A DNA stretch of 64,000 nucleotides from Thermoanaerobaculia bacterium (GTDB lineage: Bacteria > Acidobacteriota > Thermoanaerobaculia > Multivoradales > Multivoraceae). The notes below the pieces were generated by a model. It saw only the letters and a list, made by a program, of their open reading frames with translations. It was not told the DNA's origin and did not search any database. The position numbers were made by a program, and so were the translations under genes. This document shows, in pieces, positions 19,138-26,982 of the stretch. Where the stretch lies: assembly GCA_963664405.1 (NCBI GenBank), contig OY761158.1, forward strand, positions 320,001 through 384,000, read 5' to 3'. Each line of letters opens with the position of its first letter. Positions within the stretch are counted from its first letter, which is position 1.

Positions 19138-20586
19138 TCAGTCTCCCACAAGGGAGATCAACTGAGGAGGCGAATCTCGGCCAGATTCCGGCATTGCGAG
19201 AGCGTATAGCACCTCCGAGGTCAAGAGATACAGAGACTCGCCGTCAGCCACGAGAGAGCGAAAGATGGGCGCACCCATAACGATCTCGGAGAGCACTTCG
19301 AGCGTGCGCCCCGCCCGCAGCACTGTCACCTCTCCATCGGTATCGGCAACATAGACCTTGTCCTCGACAACCAGCGGCGAAGCCCAGATCGAAGCGAGGG
19401 CGTCGTAGCGCCAGTAGAGCTCCCCCGAAGCGGCATCGAGGGCGACAACGAACCCGTCGAGGTCCGCGGCGTAGACCAACCCCTCTTCCACCGCCACCGT
19501 CGCAATAGCTCGACCAAAGCTCTCCCCACCGAAGTGCCAGGCGACTTCCGGCCCGATCTCCGGCCCGGAGGGAGCTTCTCCGCTCGGCAGATCGAGACTC
19601 CACAGACTTCCCGGCGCCGAGCCCTGCTCCGGGTCGCGCCCCATCGGGAAGTAGGCACGCCCCTCACTCACCACCGCCGAGGCAACCAGCGCATGTCGAT
19701 CTCGACCTACGGGAGCCTCTCTATCGGGGGCCGCATTGCCGTCGAATTTCCACAGCAGCATTCCACTCGGGTCGAACGAGTAAAGCCATCCGTCACCGCC
19801 GGGAAAGAGAACTTGGGACCGCAGGGCGCCGCCGCCGATTGCGGTCGGGCTCGCCCACTGCCCGTCTACTAAGCCCATCCCAGGGGAGGCGTCCTTCCAC
19901 CGCAGCTCGCCACTCTCTCGATCCACAGCGATGAAGCTCGCTGCCTCCGGCGCCGGCACCCGTCCACTATCGTCGATCCCGTTGCTGGTGACGACAAAGA
20001 CGAGATCGCCGACGACCGCCGGGGTGGACGCCGACATGAAATGCGGCACCACGCCCAGCTCCTCCCTCATGTCCAAGCGCCAGACAACGTCGGCATCCTC
20101 TTCTCCTTGGCGAGACTCCCCAACAAACGGACCGTCGTTCTCGTCGTCGATAAAGCCCTCGCTGTCGACGCACATCAGCTCTCCGCGATTCGACACGTAG
20201 TAGACGCGATCGTCAACGACGGTGGGGGTCGAGCAGAGCCCCTCCATCGGAAAATCGAGCTCCTCCGAGAGTTTCTGGTGCGTCGCCTGCCACAAGAACA
20301 TCCCGTCGGCGGCCTGAAACACCATCAGCACACCCAGGTCCGCGGACTTTGTCGGGTCGCGGGGCCGAGCATTGTTGGTACCGACGAAGACCTTGCCTCC
20401 AGCAACGACCGGGCCGGCGTACGACACCGAACCGACAGCGGCGCTCCACCGCACGTTCTCGCCCGTCTCAGCGCTCCAGCGAAGTGGCAGCTCGCCAGCC
20501 ACCGCGCCGGCGACGAGGGGATGACTTACAACGACGACGACGATCCTTCCCCCGAAACGCCGCAGCTTCGGTCTCATCTCTCTCAT
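19138..20586 (-). CDS. PQQ-like beta-propeller repeat protein (paralogue of 15407..16837)
   Basis: Shares 'YAGPV...G.VFVGTNN', 'FLWQATH.KL', 'PM.G.CSTP', 'RVYY.SNR' and 'PGGDGW.YSF' with 15407..16837. Confidence 0.85.
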   Translation of the reverse strand: MREMRPKLRRFGGRIVVVVVSHPLVAGAVAGELPLRWSAETGENVRWSAAVGSVSYAGPVVAGGKVFVGTNNARPRDPTKSADLGVLMVFQAADGMFLWQATHQKLSEELDFPMEGLCSTPTVVDDRVYYVSNRGELMCVDSEGFIDDENDGPFVGESRQGEEDADVVWRLDMREELGVVPHFMSASTPAVVGDLVFVVTSNGIDDSGRVPAPEAASFIAVDRESGELRWKDASPGMGLVDGQWASPTAIGGGALRSQVLFPGGDGWLYSFDPSGMLLWKFDGNAAPDREAPVGRDRHALVASAVVSEGRAYFPMGRDPEQGSAPGSLWSLDLPSGEAPSGPEIGPEVAWHFGGESFGRAIATVAVEEGLVYAADLDGFVVALDAASGELYWRYDALASIWASPLVVEDKVYVADTDGEVTVLRAGRTLEVLSEIVMGAPIFRSLVADGESLYLLTSEVLYALAMPESGRDSPPQLISLVGD

Positions 20587-20620
20587 CGATCCGCAGTCTA
20601 CCGAGATGCCGGGTCACGCC

Positions 20621-20657
20621 AAAAAGGAAACGCCCCGGCATTGCCAGCCGGGGCGTT
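20621..20657 (-). terminator. Rho-independent terminator downstream of the VWA-domain gene
   Basis: Perfect 11-bp stem AACGCCCCGGC/GCCGGGGCGTT with a 7-nt loop, followed on the minus strand by TCCTTTTT. Confidence 0.8.
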
Positions 20658-20685
20658 GACGCAACCCACAGGAGGAGGGAGTGGG

Positions 20686-22308
20686 TCAGCGAAGAAAGCT
20701 CGCGTTCGAGGCGAAGGTCTCACCGCTCGCCTTGTCGTAGAGCGCAAAGAGCATGTCGTGGTCTCGACTTCTCATCTTGAGCGTGGTCTGAAAGGTCCAA
20801 AGATCGTCGCCCTGAGGCTCGTCAATCCGCGCGACCGAGATCGGGATGACCGGAACGGCGGCTCGGTTCCCATTCTCATCCTGCACCGCCACTCGAAGCT
20901 CCAGCGAGCCGACCCAGTTTTCACCAGTCGGGATCAGGGTGAGGTCACTGAGCGGAAGTCGGACGGTGATCGGCAATTCGATTTTGCCCCAACCGGCGCG
21001 AACCGCCTCGCCAATCTCGACCTCGAGAGCCATTGCGCCCGCCGGGTTACCGAAGATCAGTGCGCTCTCGGTCGCCATCGCCAGCTCCTGTGAGCGAGAG
21101 AGATCAGAGTAGCCCTGCCGGGTACGAACCCGCAGCGCCTTCGGCAGCGCTTGTACGCGAATGTCGTGAGGGCGATCGTCACCCACCCGGGTGGGAGTAA
21201 AGCCCAGCCAGTAGTAGGACCGAGTGTCGGCGGCTACCTCACCGAGCGGAGCGTCGCGCTGACCGTTGATGAGGGCGATTCCCCCGGTGTCGCGGGCAAT
21301 CCTCTCCAGCCCGTAGTGAACCTCCTGTTCGCGATAGAAATCGCGGTCGCTGAAGATTCCCAGGAAGGCGCCTGACGCCGTGTTGGTGATGCCACTGGCT
21401 TCGAGGCCGGCGACATCGACGGGATACAAGGTGTATCCGAGCAGATTCGCGGTCTCGGTCATCGGAGAGTAGAGCTCGAAGCGGTACTCGCGCTCGAAGA
21501 GTAAGCGATAGGGGTCGGCAACCGCATACTCCGCCGGTTGATCGGCCCAGCCGCCGGTGAGAAGCAACATGACTTTGCGTCCCGGTGGGTTCCCGAATCC
21601 GCGCAGCGAGGCCGAGGCCGAAGCCACACCGTTCTCGAGCTGCGAGCGCAACAGGTCGATATAGGCGCGCTCTTCAGGATCGAGATAGTTGCTCGAGCCG
21701 CTCCTCGACACCCATCGATTGAAGAGCAGGCCTCGGCCGTGCTCGAAGTTGCGCAGCTCGGCGAGGCGTCGCGTTCCGTAACTCGGTCGCTGGGCTGCCG
21801 CCCGCAGGGCTTGAGTGAGATCGCGCTGGGACTGACTCCAAGTCGACAGCATCTCTACTTTGCTGCCGTCCCAAGCCACCACCGCCATGCGATCCTCGGG
21901 GCCGAGAAAACCGAGCTCGTCTTCCAACGCGCTCAACACCCGTCGACGATCGCCGGGAATGGTGAAGAACTCATCGACGAAGACCAGATAGCTGGTACCC
22001 ACCGGCCGGCCTGGGACCACGGAGGGCAAGGCCCCCGCCTCTCCTTGTTTGGAGATGACATCACCACCACGGATCTCGGAGAAGAACTCGATGGGCGTCA
22101 ATTGCCCATCTACGAAAAGTTGGAAGTCATCCGCGGAGAGGTCGGGGACCCGCACTCCATGTCGATCGGTAACGACTGTTTCTACATTGACGACGTTGAC
22201 GTCGACGCTCTCGAAAAAGGTGGGTCCACCTTCGTCGATCGCGATCACCGGCGCGCCGACTGCGACACCGATGAGGAACGTTGCGAAAAGTGATCTTGCT
22301 GATTTCAT
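20686..22308 (-). CDS. VWA-domain protein (Acidobacterial VWFA-related family)
   Basis: Signal peptide; 'ESVDVNVVNVETVVTDRHG..VPDLSADDF', 'GRKVMLLLTGG', 'LYPVDVAGL', 'IARDTGG', 'SYYWLGF'. Confidence 0.85.
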   Translation of the reverse strand: MKSARSLFATFLIGVAVGAPVIAIDEGGPTFFESVDVNVVNVETVVTDRHGVRVPDLSADDFQLFVDGQLTPIEFFSEIRGGDVISKQGEAGALPSVVPGRPVGTSYLVFVDEFFTIPGDRRRVLSALEDELGFLGPEDRMAVVAWDGSKVEMLSTWSQSQRDLTQALRAAAQRPSYGTRRLAELRNFEHGRGLLFNRWVSRSGSSNYLDPEERAYIDLLRSQLENGVASASASLRGFGNPPGRKVMLLLTGGWADQPAEYAVADPYRLLFEREYRFELYSPMTETANLLGYTLYPVDVAGLEASGITNTASGAFLGIFSDRDFYREQEVHYGLERIARDTGGIALINGQRDAPLGEVAADTRSYYWLGFTPTRVGDDRPHDIRVQALPKALRVRTRQGYSDLSRSQELAMATESALIFGNPAGAMALEVEIGEAVRAGWGKIELPITVRLPLSDLTLIPTGENWVGSLELRVAVQDENGNRAAVPVIPISVARIDEPQGDDLWTFQTTLKMRSRDHDMLFALYDKASGETFASNASFLR

Positions 22309-22368
22309 GATCCAGGTAGCCTCCATTTGTTTTGCTCTTAACATCTCTGTCCGGCGCTCACCTCTACC

Positions 22369-22383
22369 GCAAGAGCCATGCCC
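22369..22383 (-). promoter_or_regulatory. Candidate sigma54 (-24/-12) promoter for the VWA gene
   Basis: Minus strand reads GGGCATGGCTCTTGC, i.e. GG-N10-GC with GGCA and TTGC, ~60 nt before the start. Confidence 0.45.
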
Positions 22384-22527
22384 GCTTGTTGCTACCGACC
22401 TAAGCCACTGCTACAGCTCTACTTGCGCTGCGCCCCGAATCCGCGACGGATTTCATGGCATCCGGCAGGGAATCAAACTGTCACCCCCAGAGGACACCCA
22501 ATGGGGACTGCAAATCAGGCTCTGAAG

Positions 22528-23891
22528 GGATGTGTCCCGTTTTTTGTGGAAATGGGTTCAGGCGTAGTCCTCCGAGTCGTCTTTTGCTAAATCCTACCGT
22601 TTACGCGGCCCTCTCAACCTCGAGCAGGAGCTGAAGCGCCCGGTAGCCGTTAATCCTTCGCAGGTGTATCTGCCCGAAGGCGACGAGCCCCCAGAGGAGC
22701 GTGACGCCGGCAGCCTCGGTGGCAAAGGAGCCCTGGGTTTTAGTGCGGCGACGAAACTCGCGGTTCAGGTTCTCCAGAGCGTTGGTCGTGCGCACCGAAC
22801 TCCACAGCGATTTGGGGAGCTCGTAGAAGGTCAGTAGCTGGAACCCTGCCTCCTCAAGGCTGCGAGCCACCGCCGGGACTAGTCGCGACCACTTGGTGAC
22901 GAACGCCGCGTAGGCCTTGCGGGCCTGTGCCGCGTCCTCGGCTCGTACGATCGAGTGCCAGTCACGCCGCAGCTCGTCGTGTGCGTGCACCGGGCAGTGT
23001 TTCTTCAGATTCTCCCACTTGTGTTGGACGCAGCGCTGGACTTTGACCTCAGGCCAAGCCTTCAGCGCCGCGGCCAGCCCTTTGTGGCCATCCGTGACCA
23101 GGTAGCGCGGAGCCTGAAGACCTCGGGCCTTCAGATCCTCGATCAGCCACTTCCAGTGCTCGGCGGCCTCGCTCGCGGCTAAACGTAAGGTCACCAGCAC
23201 CTTGGTGCCGTCCGGAGTCACACCCAGCACCACCAGCACCGGTACCGAGACCACTCGACGGGCCAAGCGGACCTTCAGGTGAAAGCCATCGAGAAACAGA
23301 AGCACGTAGGACTCCTCCGACAGATCGCGCTCACTCCAGCGAGCAAAAAGCTCCTTCAGCCGAGACACCACACGCGAAACTGCGCTCTTGGACAGGTGCT
23401 CCTCACCCAGCAGCGGAGCCAATGCCTTCTTGATCCGGCGGCTGTTAGCGCCAGCCAGATACGCACCCAGGATCGCGTCATCGACCTCCTGCGTACGACG
23501 AGCGTAACGCGGCACGATCGCACTGCGAAACTCTACGCTGGCCCCATCCTCGCCGACTAGCCGTCCTCGTGGAATGTCCAGTTCCTTCGACCCACACGCC
23601 GTCGTGATCAGACGACGCTGCTTGCCGTTGCGATAGCCCGCACGCTCGCCTGAACGCTCGTAGGCGCTGCAGCCCAGCGCCTCGGACAGCTCTTCCTCGA
23701 GTGTGATCTCGATCGCCGCACGAACACGCTCGCGTAACAACGAACGAATGTCCTGACGGAAGCGTGCAGCTTCCCCTTCCTCGTTGATATTCTCCACCAT
23801 GGCGTAATCCTCCGTTCGCCCTAACCGGCGATGTGTTTGACCACTAGGAGGTTACGCCATTCTCAATTTCCACAGCATTCGGGACGGATCC
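22528..23891 (-). mobile_element. Complete IS256-family insertion sequence (1364 bp)
   Basis: Imperfect terminal IRs GGATGTGTCCCGTTTTTTGTGGAAAT / GGATCCGTCCCGAATGCTGTGGAAAT; 8-bp target duplication CTCTGAAG at 22520-22527 and 23892-23899. Confidence 0.92.
22601..23800 (-). CDS. IS256-family (mutator) DDE transposase
   Basis: 'GYRNG', 'IPRGR', 'LFLDG', 'VTDGHKGL', 'QRCVQH', 'RTTNALENLNREFRRR'; GGAGG RBS. Confidence 0.95.
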   Translation of the reverse strand: MVENINEEGEAARFRQDIRSLLRERVRAAIEITLEEELSEALGCSAYERSGERAGYRNGKQRRLITTACGSKELDIPRGRLVGEDGASVEFRSAIVPRYARRTQEVDDAILGAYLAGANSRRIKKALAPLLGEEHLSKSAVSRVVSRLKELFARWSERDLSEESYVLLFLDGFHLKVRLARRVVSVPVLVVLGVTPDGTKVLVTLRLAASEAAEHWKWLIEDLKARGLQAPRYLVTDGHKGLAAALKAWPEVKVQRCVQHKWENLKKHCPVHAHDELRRDWHSIVRAEDAAQARKAYAAFVTKWSRLVPAVARSLEEAGFQLLTFYELPKSLWSSVRTTNALENLNREFRRRTKTQGSFATEAAGVTLLWGLVAFGQIHLRRINGYRALQLLLEVERAA

Positions 23892-23937
23892 CTCTGAAGC
23901 GAGGAAGCTACTCGGGTTGCGACACAATAGCTCCGCC

Positions 23938-24654
23938 ATGTCGAGCTCTCGAGCTTGGGCGCTTGCCGCCACCGCGATCAGCATCGTCGCGATCCTCACC
24001 CTCGCGGGCTATCTCGCCCTGCGGGCCTTGACTCGTGCGCCGGCCGAGGTGGTTAGGAGTGGCGGCGATGCTCTCGCCGAGATTGCGCGAGCGTTTCGAG
24101 AAGGCAATATCGAGACCCGCTTTCGCAGCTACGCGACCACTGTCTCCGGCGTCAGCTATCTGCAATTCGCCAGTCTGGAGGCGGTCGAGATCTTCGAGAG
24201 GAAGGATTCGGCGACGATACTCTGGGGACAGCTCCCGCTTCCCGATATCGTCGTGGAGGCGAGAGTCCCGGTCACCTATACCTACTACCTGGATCTCGAA
24301 GACGCCTGGAGAATCTCGATGGAGGGCAGTCGAGTCGTAGTCGAAGCTCCAGGGATCGGCTTCAATCCCCCGGCGGCCAACCCCTCTAGACTGGAGCTGA
24401 GAGTGACGGAAGACAGTCTCTTCCGCGACAGCGAAGCGGCGAAGAGTGGGTTGCAAACCGCTCTCAAGGGCCTACTCGAGGATCGCGCCGTGGAGAAGGT
24501 CGAGTTGGTGCGCGAAGTCGGACGCCAGAGAGTAGAAGCTTTCGTGCGCGACTGGATCTTGCACGACTTCCCCAGTGCAGGCGACATCCGCATCATAGTC
24601 CTCTTCGAAGGTGAGGACGGTCCTGCCATCACTGTCCCTGAGATTGTCGAATGA
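23938..24654 (+). CDS. DUF4230-like membrane-anchored protein
   Basis: N-terminal TM helix; 'VEARVPVTYTYYLDL...W....VVVEAP'; ATGA overlap with the next gene. Confidence 0.65.
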   Translation: MSSSRAWALAATAISIVAILTLAGYLALRALTRAPAEVVRSGGDALAEIARAFREGNIETRFRSYATTVSGVSYLQFASLEAVEIFERKDSATILWGQLPLPDIVVEARVPVTYTYYLDLEDAWRISMEGSRVVVEAPGIGFNPPAANPSRLELRVTEDSLFRDSEAAKSGLQTALKGLLEDRAVEKVELVREVGRQRVEAFVRDWILHDFPSAGDIRIIVLFEGEDGPAITVPEIVE

Positions 24655-25943
24655 ACCCTGAGCGCGGAGACCTCGAGGCCAAGCAACAAACGGCCCTGCA
24701 GCATCTGCTGGCTGTCGTTCTGGCCAAGAACGAGTTCTACCGACACAAGCTCCAGGGTCTCGATCTACCGCCTCCTGAGCACTTTCGTCTCGCCGATCTC
24801 GGCACCTTGCCGCTGACACGCAAAGAAGAGCTGGTTGCCGACCAGAGCGAAAACCCACCCTACGGCACCAACCTCTCGGCCCCACTCGAAAGCTACGTGC
24901 GGCTGCATCAGACTTCCGGCACGACCGGCAGGCCCCTTTTCCTGCTCGACACCGCACAGACCTGGGCCTGGTGGCTTCACTGCTGGGAAGAGATCTACCG
25001 CCATGCCGGAGTGCATGCCGGTGACCGCGTCTTCGTCGCCTTCTCCTTCGGACCCTTCATCGGCTTCTGGGCCGCTTTCGAAGCCGCGCAGCGACTCGGA
25101 GCCCTGGTATTGAGTGGCGGTGCTCTCTCTACCGAAGAGCGTCTTCGTGCCATCGTCGCACGAGAGGCGACGGTCCTGCTCTGTACCCCAACCTATGCGC
25201 TGCGCCTGGCGGAGGTCGCGCGCCACCAGAAGATCAACATAAGAGAGTCAGCAGTGCGCCTCAGCATTCATGCCGGCGAGTCCGGCGCCAGCGTCGCCAA
25301 TGTGAAGGCACGCATCGAGGGCGCCTGGGGCGCCCGCTGCGTCGATCATGCCGGCGCCACCGAGGTTGGGGCGTGGGGTGTATGCCCCGGCATCGACAAT
25401 CGGATGCTGATCCTCGAGAACGAGTTCATCGTCGAGGTTGTCGAGCCCGATTCGGACCAAATTCCCGCGGCCGCCGAAGACGGGAGCCGTCTGGGAGAGC
25501 TGGTGCTCACCAATCTGGGCCGCGACGCCAGCCCTGTCATCCGTTACCGCACCGGAGATCTGGTCAAGCTTCAACCCGCCGCCGCCGAAGGGCCTCCGCT
25601 GGCGACCCTCGAAGGCGGCGTCTTGTCGCGAGTCGACGGCATGTTCGTGGTCCGTGGAATCAACGTCTACCCGAGTGCGGTCGAGAACATTGTTCGCGAG
25701 CTCGACGAGATCGATGAATTCCGCGTCACCGTGCACCGCACGGGCGACCTTCCGCGTCTCGCTCTGGAGGTCGAGGTCGCGGGCGGCGAGACCGCCGGCG
25801 TAGTCGAGCGGCTCGGCCACCTCCTCCACAGCCGGCTTCAGCTCCGTGCCGAGATCGAGCCCGTGGCGCCGGGCTCCCTGCCACGCTTCGAGCTGAAAGC
25901 GCGTAGGTTCCACACCGCCGACACCAAAGAGCCCGGCTCTTGA
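24651..25943 (+). CDS. Phenylacetate-CoA ligase (PaaK)-like adenylate-forming enzyme
   Basis: 'HQTSGTTGRP', 'DHAGATE', 'GELVLTNL', 'IRYRTGD', 'RVDGMFVVRGINVYPSAVE'. Confidence 0.88.
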   Translation: MNPERGDLEAKQQTALQHLLAVVLAKNEFYRHKLQGLDLPPPEHFRLADLGTLPLTRKEELVADQSENPPYGTNLSAPLESYVRLHQTSGTTGRPLFLLDTAQTWAWWLHCWEEIYRHAGVHAGDRVFVAFSFGPFIGFWAAFEAAQRLGALVLSGGALSTEERLRAIVAREATVLLCTPTYALRLAEVARHQKINIRESAVRLSIHAGESGASVANVKARIEGAWGARCVDHAGATEVGAWGVCPGIDNRMLILENEFIVEVVEPDSDQIPAAAEDGSRLGELVLTNLGRDASPVIRYRTGDLVKLQPAAAEGPPLATLEGGVLSRVDGMFVVRGINVYPSAVENIVRELDEIDEFRVTVHRTGDLPRLALEVEVAGGETAGVVERLGHLLHSRLQLRAEIEPVAPGSLPRFELKARRFHTADTKEPGS

Positions 25944-25963
25944 CCTGCTATCATCTGCGCCGC

Positions 25964-26971
25964 ATGAAGACACCCACAGTGAGACGACTGGCCTACCTCG
26001 CTCTCTTCTCGACCCTGGCTCTCGCCTGCGGCGGCGGCAGCTCCGAAGAAGGGGCCTCAGACGCGCCTCAGCCAGGGCGTCGACAGTTCATAAGCATCGG
26101 CACCGCGCCCGTTGTTGGCGGGTTTTACCTCATGGGCGGAGCGCTGGCCGAGGTTCTCAACGGAAATGTCACGTCGGTCAACTGGGAGGTGACGGCGGAG
26201 GCCACCAAGGGCTCGCAAGAGAACATTCGGCGGCTGGTCGCCGGCGAGATCGAGCTCGCGATCTCGAATTCCGCCATCACCTACAACGCGGTGCGCGGAG
26301 AGTCCGGCTGGCAGGGGCCCCACGACGTCAAGGTGCTGATGACTTTGGCCCCCAACGTCGCCCAATTCATCACCAGCTCGAGCTCAGACATCAAAAAGTT
26401 GGCCGACCTCCGCGGCAAGCGAGTCGTCGTCGGACCCGCCGGCGCCGGCTTCGAACAGTTTGTCGGCCCCCTATTGCAGGCGCACGGATTGAGCTTCGAC
26501 GACTTCTCGCCGGTGAATGCTACTCAAAGTGCCTCGGTCGACATGCTCAAGGACCGCGCCATTGCCGCGGCCTTTCTCGGCGGTGCGGTCCCCCATCCGG
26601 CTATCACCCAGGCCTCCGCCAGCCTCGACGTCTACTTCATTCCCTACGAGCCGGCGGCCCGCGAGAAGTTAGTCACGGACTACCCCTTCTTCTGGGATGT
26701 GAACGTGCCCAGCGGCACCTATAAGGGCCAGGACGAGGATTTCCCTGGCCTCAACGTCGGCTCGATGCACTTCATCGCCGCCGCCGCTCTCGACGAAGAG
26801 CTGGCCTATCTGGTCACCAAAACGATCTACGACAAACGTGAGCTGGTAGTAGAGAGAGCGGCGCCGGGTCGGGCCATCAACCCAACCAACGTCGTCCGCG
26901 ATACCGGTACCGAGTTCCACCCAGGCGCCATCCGTTATTACCGAGAGATAGGCATCTGGCCGGAGCCGTAG
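25964..26971 (+). CDS. TAXI-family TRAP transporter solute-binding lipoprotein
   Basis: Lipobox 'LALAC'; 'ISIGTA..GGFY', 'ATKGSQENI', 'HPGAIRYYRE'. Confidence 0.92.
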   Translation: MKTPTVRRLAYLALFSTLALACGGGSSEEGASDAPQPGRRQFISIGTAPVVGGFYLMGGALAEVLNGNVTSVNWEVTAEATKGSQENIRRLVAGEIELAISNSAITYNAVRGESGWQGPHDVKVLMTLAPNVAQFITSSSSDIKKLADLRGKRVVVGPAGAGFEQFVGPLLQAHGLSFDDFSPVNATQSASVDMLKDRAIAAAFLGGAVPHPAITQASASLDVYFIPYEPAAREKLVTDYPFFWDVNVPSGTYKGQDEDFPGLNVGSMHFIAAAALDEELAYLVTKTIYDKRELVVERAAPGRAINPTNVVRDTGTEFHPGAIRYYREIGIWPEP

Positions 26972-26982
26972 GGGAAAGCCCG

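Noticed and set aside
13032-20586. Calling the propellers PQQ dehydrogenases or BamB
   Set aside because: No quinoprotein active-site signatures, pqq genes or bam context; only the repeat fold is supported.
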